Below, in pieces: positions 47,725 through 57,621 of a stretch of 64,000 nucleotides of DNA. The notes beneath the pieces were generated by a model. The model worked only from the letters and a program-made list of their open reading frames with translations. It ran no database searches and was not told where the DNA came from. A program made the position numbers and the translations under genes. Each line of letters opens with the position of its first letter. Position 1 is the stretch's first letter. Origin of the DNA: Solirubrobacterales bacterium (GTDB taxonomy: Bacteria; Actinomycetota; Thermoleophilia; Solirubrobacterales; Solirubrobacteraceae); assembly GCA_038240205.1 (NCBI GenBank), contig JBBSDZ010000002.1, forward strand, positions 1,919-65,918. Direction: 5' to 3'.

Positions 47725-48981
47725 CTAAGCCAGCGGGTTGAACAGCAGCCCTGTCAGCAGCTTAGGGAAGAAGTAAGTCGACTTCGGCGGCATGTTCTCG
47801 CCCTCCGCCGCCACGTCGCGAACCTGCTCGATCGGCGTGGGGCGCATCAAGAAGGCGGCATCGTACTCACCGGAGCGAACGACCGCCAGCGCCTCGGCCG
47901 TATCGCGTGCGTAGAAGAGGCCGTTGAAGTGCGAGATGTCATCGTCGCTGAGCGCGAGCGCGCCCTTCAAGAGCAGTGTCTCCAGCACGCCCGTGTCGAG
48001 GTGCCGGTAGGCCTCGGAGTGGCCCTGGAGCGCCTTGTCCGCGATCGCCTGGTCCTTCAGCGTCAGGCGGTAGGCGCGCTCGTCCCGCGAGGTGACGTAG
48101 CCGAGCTGCAGCGGCCCGGCCCCGGGCTCCGGGGCGACCTGCTCGACCGGGACCTCGGCGATCTCAAAATCGCGCTCGAGCGCTTGCGCGAGCGCGGCCC
48201 GACGCTCGTCGTCCAGGCGGTTGACGAGACGGTGGGTGGGGAAGACAGTCAGCCCAGGATCCTCCAGGGCGACGAGGCACATGAGGATGTAGCGGTGCTC
48301 GCCGTCTCCGCCGACCTCATCGGCGTAGGCCTCCATCGTCTCGTAGCGGTGGTGGCCGTCGGCGATCAGCAGCTCCGCGTCGCGCGTGGCGGCCTGGACG
48401 GCTGCGATCGCCGCCGGGTCGGCCACGCGCCAGAGGCGGTGGACGGTGCCGTCGCTGTCGGTGACCTCGCCCCATGGGGTCTCCATGGTCGCCGGCTCGA
48501 GCGCGCTCCAAGCGGCGTTCGCCGGATCTGAGAACAGCGAGAAGATCGGCGAGATGTTGGCCTTCGTCGCGCGCGTGAGACGCAGGCGGTCCTCCTTCGG
48601 CCCCGGGTGTGTGCGCTCGTGCGGTCGTACGCGCCCGGGCCCGTAGCCCTCGATGCGCACGCGGCAGAAGAAGCCGCGTCGGGTGCGCCACTCGCCATCA
48701 GGGCCGGAGTAGTCCTGCGTGTGCGCCCACAGCGCCGGCTGCTCGTCGCGCACGAGTGCGCCCTCGCGCTGCCAGCTCTCGAACAACTCGTGAGCGGCCG
48801 CGTATGGATCCGGCTCGCCCTGCGGCAGATCGACGGCCGCGACGTTGAACGGCGAGCGCCCGATCAGCGCCGCGCGCTGGCCTGAGTCGATCACGTCGTA
48901 CGGCGGCGCGACGACGTCCTGAAGCGGTCCGGCGACGGCCGGGTCGTAATGCAGCGCACGCAGCGGTTGGGCGTCGGCCAT
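47725..48981 (-). CDS. DUF1015 family (ParB/Srx-like) protein
   Basis: VAPPYDVI, PHERT, IADGHHRY and MPPKSTYFFPKL. Confidence 0.9.
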   Translation of the reverse strand: MADAQPLRALHYDPAVAGPLQDVVAPPYDVIDSGQRAALIGRSPFNVAAVDLPQGEPDPYAAAHELFESWQREGALVRDEQPALWAHTQDYSGPDGEWRTRRGFFCRVRIEGYGPGRVRPHERTHPGPKEDRLRLTRATKANISPIFSLFSDPANAAWSALEPATMETPWGEVTDSDGTVHRLWRVADPAAIAAVQAATRDAELLIADGHHRYETMEAYADEVGGDGEHRYILMCLVALEDPGLTVFPTHRLVNRLDDERRAALAQALERDFEIAEVPVEQVAPEPGAGPLQLGYVTSRDERAYRLTLKDQAIADKALQGHSEAYRHLDTGVLETLLLKGALALSDDDISHFNGLFYARDTAEALAVVRSGEYDAAFLMRPTPIEQVRDVAAEGENMPPKSTYFFPKLLTGLLFNPLA

Positions 48982-49113
48982 CGCGGTGGCGGAGGGTAGC
49001 AGTGCGCTGTGCAGTCCCACCGCACCATCGTCCTCGCGCGCTCGCGGGCCCGGTTGTGGTGGCGCCGGTCACACGGGCCACGCACGTCTCGAGCACGCAC
49101 GTGGGGGTAACGT

Positions 49114-49133
49114 ATACGAACATACGTTCGTAT
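49114..49133. promoter_or_regulatory. LexA (SOS) box
   Basis: ATACGAAC-ATAC-GTTCGTAT contains the Gram-positive/actinobacterial CGAAC-N4-GTTCG consensus and abuts ATG 49132. Confidence 0.8.
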
Positions 49134-49788
49134 GACGCACTCCCGTTATTTGCGCAACATGGCGCGTTCGCTGCGGCTGGAGCGCCAGTACACGGTCGAT
49201 CAGCTGTCTGAGCGCCTGGCGCTCCCGCGCAGCACCGTCTACTACTGGGTACGTGACCTGCCGGTGCGACCCGCACGCGCAAGGGTGGGCAGCTCGATGA
49301 CGGTCGATTCCGAGGCAGCACACGTCCTCGCCGGCCCCTCGTGCGCGGAACGAGAAGCGGCCTACGAGCGGGCGCTGAGCTCGTACGAGGACCTCGCCGT
49401 GCAGCCGACATTCGAGGACTTCCTCTGCGTCTGCATCGCCGCGCGCGGCGGCTGCGAGCGCGCGCACACCGGTGTGGCCGTCGCCAATTCGGACCCCGCC
49501 GCGATGCAGCTCGCCAGCCGCTGGCTGTGGCGGCTCACAGACCGAACACCGAGCCTCTCGATCCATACCGATCTGTGCCACAGCGCGAGCGAGCTGCGGC
49601 GGTTCTGGAGCGAGGCCGTCGGCGCTCGGGCGGAGGCGATCGCCGTTCAGCGCGACGCCCGAGCGCCGGAGCGCGGAGGCGATTCGCGAAGCTTGCCCTG
49701 CGGGGTGCTGAGGATCGCCGTGGACGACGCGCTGCTCGGCGCTCGACTGGAGGCCTGGATGCGCAGAAAGCGCCAGGACTGGCTGTAG
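49132..49788 (+). CDS. HTH-containing hypothetical protein
   Basis: YTVDQLSERLALPRSTVYYWVRD HTH; VAVANSDP..LRRFWS C-terminal domain. Confidence 0.7.
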   Translation: MTHSRYLRNMARSLRLERQYTVDQLSERLALPRSTVYYWVRDLPVRPARARVGSSMTVDSEAAHVLAGPSCAEREAAYERALSSYEDLAVQPTFEDFLCVCIAARGGCERAHTGVAVANSDPAAMQLASRWLWRLTDRTPSLSIHTDLCHSASELRRFWSEAVGARAEAIAVQRDARAPERGGDSRSLPCGVLRIAVDDALLGARLEAWMRRKRQDWL

Positions 49789-49800
49789 ACTGGGCCGTTA

Positions 49801-49877
49801 CGGGGCGTGGCGCAGCTTGGTAGCGCACCTGCTTTGGGAGCAGGGGGTCGCCGGTTCAAATCCGGCCGCCCCGACCA
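49801..49877 (+). tRNA. tRNA-Pro(TGG)
   Basis: Acceptor stem CGGGGCG/CGCCCCG, anticodon arm CCTGC-TTTGGGA-GCAGG, GGTTCAAATCC T-loop, encoded CCA; TAGACT -10 at 49786. Confidence 0.97.
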
Positions 49878-49897
49878 TTTGCTCGAAGGTCGAACCA

Positions 49898-49924
49898 CCC
49901 CGGTCCCGGATGGCGGGGCCGGGG
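49898..49924 (+). terminator. GC-rich hairpin downstream of the tRNA
   Basis: CCCCGGTCCCG-GATGG-CGGGGCCGGGG; no U-tract. Confidence 0.45.
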
Positions 49925-50308
49925 GGGGCTCGTCCGCCGGAGGGGAGTCCAGGCACCGGGTGCTCCGACTGATCGATGTGCTGGTCGCGAGTCGGCGGTG
50001 AGGGTCAAGTGACGCTAGGAATCGAGGTGAGCGTCCGGCGAGCGAGCGTCACGGTGGTGCATTCGTCGTAGTTGTTAAAACCATCGTGCTGCAAAAGGGC
50101 AGGTTCTGAGATCCAGAGGCTAGATGCAGCGGCCGCGACGGTGCTTGCACAGACAATCCAACAGCTCTGGTCGGTCGCGTCAGCGTCTCGCCGACCAGCT
50201 GTCCGGCTCCTGCTTAGCCGTCGAAGCGGACCCGTTCGTACCAGCCGACGCTCTTGCTTCAAGCGCCTCAACCGCGAACGACCGGCTCGTTGAGGTCGTC
50301 GACGGATA

Positions 50309-50572
50309 TCAGCAGCGTTCCACGGCGACGGCGTCGATGTCGAACGTGAGCAGGGCAACGCTCTGGTCGGCGACACCGTCCGCGTCGCGGCGGTGCATGA
50401 GCCGGCGCGTTGGGAAAACGAACCCGTCGAACGTCTTCGGATCGTGCGTGTACTGGGCAATCGGCGGGCTGCCTGTCACCTCCGGCGAGTAGTCCATGCG
50501 ACGCAGCATGAATCGCTCGTCGTAGTAGAACACCTGGTCGGGGTTGTGGTTGGCGTTGGACGGTGGAAACGT
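50309..50572 (-). pseudogene. 3' fragment of a hypothetical gene
   Basis: TFPPSNANHNPDQVFYYDERFMLRRMDY..FDGFVFPTRR has no start and abuts the next gene's start. Confidence 0.55.
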
Positions 50573-51008
50573 GCTCCCAAACGACTACGAGGGACAGAAC
50601 TGCTCGATCGCGCGGGCGCTAGAGGTCGTGGGTGAGCGCTGGACGCTGCTGATCATCCGCGACGCGTTACTTGGCCTGCGTCGCTTCGATCAGTTCCAGG
50701 AAAGCCTCGGGATCGCCCGCAGCGTCCTCACCCACCGGCTCAACCGGCTGGTCGAAGAGGGCATTCTCGCGCGCGTCCGCTACAGCGAGCGCCCGGAGCG
50801 CTACGAGTACCGGCTCACCACCAAGGGCCGAGACCTCGCCGTGGCGCTCGCTGGCCTACGACAGTGGGGCGACAGGCACCTCAGCGAGAAGCCGCCATGG
50901 ATCACGCGCCGAAGATGGGACAAGCGCCCCGTGATCGCGGCGTTCGTGCCGACGGGCGCCGACGTTGTGCGCGAGGACGAACTCGAGAACGTCCCCAGCC
51001 CCGGCTAA
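50571..51008 (+). CDS. HxlR family winged-helix regulator
   Basis: CSIARALEVVGERWTLLIIRD..EYRLTTKG. Confidence 0.9.
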   Translation: MLPNDYEGQNCSIARALEVVGERWTLLIIRDALLGLRRFDQFQESLGIARSVLTHRLNRLVEEGILARVRYSERPERYEYRLTTKGRDLAVALAGLRQWGDRHLSEKPPWITRRRWDKRPVIAAFVPTGADVVREDELENVPSPG

Positions 51009-51146
51009 ACGCGGGCTGAGAGCCACTCACTCGACGCCGCCCAGCGTGCGCTTACACGCGCATAAATCGCAGTGAGCAAGCGTGACCGAAGCGGCCTTGC
51101 CACTGCTCATGAGCAGTGTGAAACCCAGGGCGGCTCAGAATCGCCG

Positions 51147-51401
51147 TCAGGCGTAAACGAGCACGGCCAACACGACAATCGCGAGCAACGCGATCACAGC
51201 CGCGCCGGGAACGCTATAGCTGAGCAGGATCAACGAGATGATCAGGACGATGACGATGACGGCGAGCGCGCCGAGGTAGCGGGTGCCGCCAACCTTGCGC
51301 GGACTTCTCACAGGCGTCGGCGCGGCTTGGCTTTGACGCGCTGGCCGGGCGCGCCAAGGTAGCGATGGAGCCGAGCAGGAGCGGTCAGAACGCGCGGGCA
51401 C
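51147..51401 (-). CDS. Small 2-TM membrane protein
   Basis: Two strongly hydrophobic helices; start uncertain. Confidence 0.45.
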   Translation of the reverse strand: MPARSDRSCSAPSLPWRARPARQSQAAPTPVRSPRKVGGTRYLGALAVIVIVLIISLILLSYSVPGAAVIALLAIVVLAVLVYA

Positions 51402-51509
51402 CTCATTAGGTCAGCGTAGCGACGGGCAAACGTCTTGTGGTTGGGATCGCTCCTCGGGGGGCTCCATACGATCTCTCTATTCAAACGAGCTTCAGGAGGC
51501 ATTGCGAGC

Positions 51510-52090
51510 AAGGATTGGGATTCGCGAAGAGCAACGCTGTTGGGCTAGTCGCTCTGTTCGTAACCCTTGGGGCACCGGTTACGCAGCGACCGGGGGATTC
51601 ACGAGCAGCGGGAAGCTTTCGGCTTGCGTTAGCGAAGGAGGCAGCATCAAGCTGCTGAAGGCGGGGAAGCACTGCAAACGAGGACAAAAATCCGTCGCCT
51701 GGAACCAAAGCGGCCCCGCCGGTGCCAATGGCGCAACTGGTTCGCCAGGGGTAGCTGGGGCTAACTGGCTCCGTCGGCGCGCCTGGAGCGGCTGGCGCGG
51801 CAGCGGTCACTCTTTTTGCGAGGGTCGCCGGAAATGGCATGCTGCTCGTGGGCCACGGGGCGATTTCCTCAAGCGGCCCGATTTTTCACACGGTGACGTT
51901 CAATCGCGACGTGAGCAATTGTGCCTTCACCACCACGCTCACCGGCGGCCCTGCCGAGAGCGTATACACGGGTCCCGGGGGATGAAGCGGGCTTACGCCG
52001 ATGCCGCCCGCAATTGCGGCGATGACCAACACGACGCCCCGGCACGCCCGATCTCAAACTCGTGCGCGTTTCCAGAGCAACCCAAGCCAA
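51510..52090 (+). pseudogene. Frameshifted secreted collagen-like protein
   Basis: Consecutive pieces in different frames: NAVGLVALFVTLG / GTGYAA..GPAGANGATGSPG / GAPGAAGAAAVTLFARV / TVTFNRDVSNCAF. Confidence 0.65.
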
Positions 52091-52549
52091 GCCGCTGACC
52101 GCCTCAGGGTCGCGAGAGAGATCAGCCAGGGTCGCCAGGCTCTCCGCGAGTCCCCAAAAGGTCCTCCGGGTACGTTTTAGGCAGGGCACAAAGGCCCGAA
52201 CGGGATCGTCTGGTTCCCGGCCTCCATCCGCACAGCCCTTCGAGGGATGGGCCCATTTGGGCGGTAAGCGCCGGTTAGACCGCACCTGCTCACGACGCGC
52301 CCAGATAAACCGCCCGCAGGGGCGCGTCGTGAGTCATTCTTAGCTAGAGCCGGCCGCCTCTTCGATAGCCGAACCGGGAGCTAGGTTCGCGCCTGCCCTT
52401 GTAGAGCCTGCAACCCTTAGGCTCGTCAGCACCATCTGCCAGGACAGCCGCAAGCTCAGCTGCCGCGTCTATGGATGACCGATCGTCTAATTGCTGCATT
52501 GAGCTAATGATTCGGCCCAGCATGCCGACACTTCTGTAGGGGAAGCGCC

Positions 52550-53986
52550 ATGCGACCGAAAACATCGAAGATCAATACCCCACGAGCGCTGCTTGCCCTG
52601 GCGCTGACGCTAGCAGCGGTACTCGTTGCCATGGGTATCGGTATCGGCCTCACCCATCGACAGTCCAAGCAGCAGATCCTCGCGAACTTCCGTGGCAAAG
52701 GGACGATTTCGGCGGGTTTTGTCTCGACGTTCGTTTCCGAGCAGGCTGCGCGTGAGGCGACCGTTGCCCAGCATGAGCTTTCTGGCAAGGCGGACCTTCC
52801 CTCGCGCTTTCAGCGTGTGGTCGCGAGCTTTGGCAGCCAGGCCGCCGTGCTGCTCGATTCATCCGGGCGGCTCCTACAGGTCGCTCCGAGTAATGCGACG
52901 ATTCTCGGAACGCGCATAGCCCCCCGTTATCCACATCTAACAGCCGCAGAGGCAGGCCATGCGGCAGTTTCCGGTGTGGTGCCATCTGCGGCGCAGCACA
53001 AGCCGGTGATTGCGATTGCTGTGCCCTACGCGACCGCGAATGGTCGGCGGGTGTTCAGTGTGGCCTATCCGGTCGCCGGCAGCGTCCTTACAGCATTCGT
53101 CCGCCACACCGTCGCGTTCAAGCGCCACCTTGTGCTGCTCGTTGACGCGAAAGGTAACGTGATCACGTCTAGCTCGCACGCCTCCGGGACGAGCTTTGCT
53201 GAAGCCGACCCGGCCCTTGCACGCGCTGCACGGCGCGCCACGCAGGGCAGCGCAACAGTCGCCGGTGAAGCGAGCGCGTTCGTTGTAACGCCGGTCGCAG
53301 GCACACCCTGGCACGTTGTGATCGCGATTCCCAATGACGAGTTGTTCGGCTCGATCAGCGGCTGGGCGCAATGGCTGCCATGGATTGTGCTTAGCGTGAT
53401 CACACTGCTCGCGCTGGCGGTGCTGGGCCTGTTCTGGCGTTCATTGTTCGAGCATCAGCGTCTTGAAGAAGTTTCCGCCGAGCTAGACGCGGCTGCGCAC
53501 ACCGACCCGCTTACGGGACTGGCAAACCGCCGCGCACTGCACGACCGCCTTCCTCAGGCTTGGGCCTATGCCAACCGCCATGATGAGCCGCTTTCGGTAC
53601 TGATCATCGACCTAGACGACTTCAAGGAAATCAACGACACCTACGGCCACGACGTAGGCGACGAGGTTCTGCTCGCGGTCGCGGACTGTATGCGCGAGGT
53701 GTTTCGCGCGAGCGACATTTTCGGGCGGTGGGGAGGCGACGAGTTCGTTGCCTTTTTGCCGGGCACCGACCTAGATGGCGCGCACGCAGCGGGCGAACGA
53801 CTCAGAGGCGCATTTGACGCGAGGGACTTCTCGCGATCCGGGCCATCTGAGCAGATCACCTTGAGCTTTGGTTGCGCGCCGGCGAACGGTGTGTCTACCC
53901 ACGACATGCTGGTCCAGGCGGACCAAGCTCTTTACCGCGCAAAGGAGGCGCGGCGCTCCGTCGTAGCCGGACCTGATTCCCGATAG
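52550..53986 (+). CDS. Membrane diguanylate cyclase (Cache-like sensor + GGDEF)
   Basis: Two TMs flank an extracellular domain; DPLTGLANRR, DLDDFKEIND, RxxD I-site and GGDEF. Confidence 0.92.
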   Translation: MRPKTSKINTPRALLALALTLAAVLVAMGIGIGLTHRQSKQQILANFRGKGTISAGFVSTFVSEQAAREATVAQHELSGKADLPSRFQRVVASFGSQAAVLLDSSGRLLQVAPSNATILGTRIAPRYPHLTAAEAGHAAVSGVVPSAAQHKPVIAIAVPYATANGRRVFSVAYPVAGSVLTAFVRHTVAFKRHLVLLVDAKGNVITSSSHASGTSFAEADPALARAARRATQGSATVAGEASAFVVTPVAGTPWHVVIAIPNDELFGSISGWAQWLPWIVLSVITLLALAVLGLFWRSLFEHQRLEEVSAELDAAAHTDPLTGLANRRALHDRLPQAWAYANRHDEPLSVLIIDLDDFKEINDTYGHDVGDEVLLAVADCMREVFRASDIFGRWGGDEFVAFLPGTDLDGAHAAGERLRGAFDARDFSRSGPSEQITLSFGCAPANGVSTHDMLVQADQALYRAKEARRSVVAGPDSR

Positions 53987-54610
53987 CGCTTCACCGCCAG
54001 GGCTGCGGTCATTGGCCTTCGTCTGTGTCGAGATTCACACTGGCGGCGCAGGAGTCGTAAGTAATTTAACTGATGCGGTGCGAGGCCGACGCCGGCGAAA
54101 GAGTGAAAGACGGCGGTAAATACCGGACGCGGGAAGGTGTTTCGCCCGGCCTTCAGCCGATCATCTACGGCCAGCCGGTCAAGTTTCCGTGTTATCCACT
54201 TTTGATCGGCGGGTGCAGACAATAAGGTGCAGCCGATCATGTGCCGATCAAGCCATGATCGGCAGTAACAAAGAAGCGATAGAGACAAACTCGGTCATCT
54301 AAGGCGCGTTGAGCAACCCTCGCGATCCTCGGGTCGTGGGGTTCGCCTGCGTCCTATCAGAACCCCAGCAGAGCCCGAGTCGCCGCAGGATCGTCCGCAC
54401 CGGCGGCCGGGACTAGGTTCGGTCCATGCGCACGCGGGAGGAACGATCCCCAGCGATGCAGTCGGACCTGCCTCGCTGGGGGTACTGCTCAAGCCGCTAG
54501 CTGCTTTCCCGAGCCAGCTTTCCTAGGGCGTCGCCGCGACCGGGAGGATCACCGATCTCATAGCCGCGCAAGTGCGCCGCGCTTGCCTCGCTGCCACCGT
54601 CGTGACGAGG

Positions 54611-56359
54611 CTATTGAGGCCCATAGCCGAGCACCGGCGAGTCGAGTTCGAGCGTATAGTCGTGTTTGGCCGCGTTCACGAATCTTGGATCGACTTCGAC
54701 GTTTTCGGCGAGCGTGAGACCGCCGTGGGGGCCGATGTTGCCCGAGCCGTTTGCGAACACGTCGTTTTTGACCGCCGAGTTCCCGGCGCCGACGCTGCCG
54801 TAGGTCCAGATCCCGAAGTACAGGTCGCATTCTCCGCAAACGCCGCTGCTGTTGGTGATGATGTTCCAGCGCAGGATGTCGCCTTCCGGGGTCAGATCGC
54901 CGAAGATCACGCCTGAGCCGTTGCCGTCGATGATGTTGTGTTCGATTACCGCTCCCTTGCCACCACGCAGCAGCACGCCCTTGGAGGAGTCTTCGTAGAA
55001 GTAGCTGTTGCGCGCAGTCGTCCTGATCCCGAGGTCGTACAGCCCGTGTATGAAGTAGCCGTTGTTCGGGGGCACGTTGCAGGGTGTGGCGTCTGTCGCG
55101 CACCTGAACGGCTGTCCGCAGTTGTGCACGCGGTCACGCTCGATCAAAGTGTCTTCGGCCGGTCCCCACTGACCGGGTCCGGTCGTCTCGAAGCAGATCG
55201 TGTGCGGTGCCGTGACGTCGTCGTCGGTCCAGGTGGTGTGCGCCGAGCCGATCGTCATGCTCGGGCCGCGCGTGCTCGAGTCGGTGAAGTTCAGGTGCGT
55301 GAACGTCAGGTAGTTTGCGCCCGGCATCGTCACGACGCGCCCGGAGATCGTGGCAGGCGTCTGCGGATCGGTCGACGTGATCGTCACCGGCGCCCCCTGA
55401 GCTCCGTGAGATTCGCCGGCACGCGTGGTGAAGCCTTCGTAGCTGCCGGGAGCCAGGCAGCCCGTTTGCCCGGCCTCGAGCTTCCCCAGCACAGCGGACA
55501 CCGTCTTCAGCGGCGCCGAGACCGTTCCCTTGCTCGCGTCGTTGCCGCTCGGCGAGCCGTACAGGGCGCAATTGGAGCCGTACGTCCCTTCTTCGGCTGG
55601 CGGTTCTTCGGCCGGGGGTTCTTCGACAGGCGGTTCGTTGACCGGCGGTTCTTTGTGGGGGGGTTTTTTGTGGGGGGGTTCTTTCTTCGGCGGTTCTTCT
55701 TCGAGCTTTTCCTGTTCGTCTTCTTCGCCCGATTTCTGCGGCGGAGCTTCTTCTTTGACGGGTTCTTTGGTTATCGGCTGAGCTTTTTCTGTGGGCTGTT
55801 CGTTTGCTTTGGGCAGTTCTTTGGCTTTTTCGCGCGGCTGTTCTTTGCCGGCGGGAGCTTCTTCATGTGGCAGGCCCTTCGGCAGTTCTCCCCACGGCGC
55901 CATCGCCGTCGCTGCTCCGGAGGTGACCCCGCCCAGGCTGCGCGCGGGCTTTCTGTGACGCGCGCCCTTGCGCCGGGTCGCGGCGACGATCGCGCGCACG
56001 CGCACCTCGTAGACGGCCGCATCGAGACTCGTGATCGTGTAGCTGCGCGCCTTCGCCGGAAGTTCCACCGATTTGCCCCATGGGCTGCTCGGTGTCGTTG
56101 TCGGGCGCCAGCGGATGCGAAATCCGGCGAGCCCGGAGGTGCTCGACGCATCCCACGCGGTCGTCAACGAACCGACACCAGGTTCGATCTGCAAGTCGCT
56201 CGCGGCTGGACGCTGGCCCGCCGAGGCCACTCCCGCCGTGCCGAGACACAACGCAACGAGCAGCGCGACCGCTGCCGCCCTGCGTCCGTTTCGCTGCCGC
56301 GCACCCCTCAGCCTGTGCGGCGCCAACACTTTCGTCCGTGACGGTGTCTGCATAGCCAT
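54611..56359 (-). CDS. Secreted protein: FN3 domain, P/E/K-rich linker, right-handed beta-helix domain
   Basis: Signal peptide; YTITSL..YEVRVRA; repeated EPP units; GNDA..GT...PLKT and Asn-rich repeats. Confidence 0.8.
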   Translation of the reverse strand: MAMQTPSRTKVLAPHRLRGARQRNGRRAAAVALLVALCLGTAGVASAGQRPAASDLQIEPGVGSLTTAWDASSTSGLAGFRIRWRPTTTPSSPWGKSVELPAKARSYTITSLDAAVYEVRVRAIVAATRRKGARHRKPARSLGGVTSGAATAMAPWGELPKGLPHEEAPAGKEQPREKAKELPKANEQPTEKAQPITKEPVKEEAPPQKSGEEDEQEKLEEEPPKKEPPHKKPPHKEPPVNEPPVEEPPAEEPPAEEGTYGSNCALYGSPSGNDASKGTVSAPLKTVSAVLGKLEAGQTGCLAPGSYEGFTTRAGESHGAQGAPVTITSTDPQTPATISGRVVTMPGANYLTFTHLNFTDSSTRGPSMTIGSAHTTWTDDDVTAPHTICFETTGPGQWGPAEDTLIERDRVHNCGQPFRCATDATPCNVPPNNGYFIHGLYDLGIRTTARNSYFYEDSSKGVLLRGGKGAVIEHNIIDGNGSGVIFGDLTPEGDILRWNIITNSSGVCGECDLYFGIWTYGSVGAGNSAVKNDVFANGSGNIGPHGGLTLAENVEVDPRFVNAAKHDYTLELDSPVLGYGPQ

Positions 56360-56928
56360 CCCTCGCTCGAAGTCTCGGTCCCTACCCGGTCGCCTCTGCA
56401 ACTAACCCTGCCGCCTGCCCGCTGCGCCGCCGCGTCCTGCCGCGGAAGAGTGACGCCCGTTCATCTTCGATCAGACGACCGAAGCGATTGCTCATGCGCC
56501 GGTTCACCGGCGACGGTCCGCAGCCTTTCCACCACAACCGCGCCGCCAAGGAGACCAGGCTACCTTGCACAACTTGTAGCGCTCGTGTTGTCGAGACCCT
56601 CGATGCGCATGTTTTTCCCGCTGTTTGCGTGAAAAAGCTGGCGCAGCTCGCACACGAAGCGCTCAACTCGTCCGAGAGCGCCCGGCATCACGCACTGGGG
56701 TTTGGCTCCGTCACCGCTGCGCGGCGCTGGCGCACGGGGAGCGGCTCACGCCGGCGCCGCGCAGAAACCATCTCGTTGCGGTCGGCGTCTGTTGGTGGCC
56801 GGCGGTGGGGTTCGCCCGAGGCAAGACGTTGAAGCTGAAGCACCGAGGCCTCGGACACGCACACGATCCAACCGCTGCGATCTGAGCGCGCAGCGACGCG
56901 GTCGGGGGTCGCGGGTAGCATCCCGGCA

Positions 56929-57399
56929 ATGAGCAGCCCTGAGCCGCCAAGGCCGCCGCTCCCGCCGACACAGCCAACGCAGCGACTCGACAGACCAGTC
57001 GCGCCCGTTCAGCCTGTCCCGCGCGAGCGCCTCGTCGAACGCCTACCGCCCGACCCTCCCCTCGAGGGCCCTTGGTGGAGCAATCCCTGGCCTGCGCTGC
57101 TGGCCGCGGTGCTCGGACTCCTCGTCGGCGGCCTGCTCGGCTATGCGATCGCCGGCAAAGGTGAAACGGTCAGTGAAGCTCAGCGCGGCTCCCGCCAGCC
57201 GATCACCCACACCGTCACGCAGACCAAGACGGTGCTCCAGCCGAAGGTGGAAGTCCACACGAATACGGTTACGGCGACGACCTCCACGCCGGCGCCGGCC
57301 AATTCCGAAAACGAAGAACGCCGCGGCGAAGCCGAAGAACGACGCAACAAGCTCGAACGCGAAAACGAAGAACTCAAGCGGCAGCTGGAAGAAAGCTAG
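56929..57399 (+). CDS. Membrane-anchored hypothetical protein
   Basis: Pro-rich N-terminus, one TM, TVTQT stretch, coiled-coil end. Confidence 0.7.
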   Translation: MSSPEPPRPPLPPTQPTQRLDRPVAPVQPVPRERLVERLPPDPPLEGPWWSNPWPALLAAVLGLLVGGLLGYAIAGKGETVSEAQRGSRQPITHTVTQTKTVLQPKVEVHTNTVTATTSTPAPANSENEERRGEAEERRNKLERENEELKRQLEES

Positions 57400-57418
57400 C
57401 CGCCGCCCCCGCCGCTCG

Positions 57419-57616
57419 TTACTCCTCGTGCGTCGTCTCCTCGGGCGGCCTGCGTCGGCGCGGTATCAGCGACGTGAATCCGTGTACGAGGCTCGCCCCC
57501 CGGCGCTTTTTGCGGTAATAGGCCTGCGGCGCGTAGTGCGTGCCTTGATTGATGTTGTGGATCAGCGCGTAGAGCACGATGACCAACGGCACCAACAGGA
57601 GAAGGAGAGGAGTCAT
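57419..57616 (-). CDS. Small single-TM basic protein
   Basis: MTPLLLLLVPLVIVLYALIH... begins 5 nt after the pabC-like stop. Confidence 0.5.
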   Translation of the reverse strand: MTPLLLLLVPLVIVLYALIHNINQGTHYAPQAYYRKKRRGASLVHGFTSLIPRRRRPPEETTHEE

Positions 57617-57621
57617 GGCAC

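Noticed and set aside
52120-52330. Possible c-di-GMP or c-di-AMP riboswitch near the diguanylate cyclase
   Set aside because: Consensus elements not found on either strand by eye.
52927-54200. DnaA-box-like sequences TTATCCACA (52927) and TTATCCACT (54192)
   Set aside because: Isolated, one lies inside a CDS, and there is no cluster or dnaA context.
55590-55870. Repetitive DNA suggestive of an array
   Set aside because: Encodes the EPP/KEPP linker of the secreted protein; no CRISPR repeat-spacer structure or cas genes were seen in the window.
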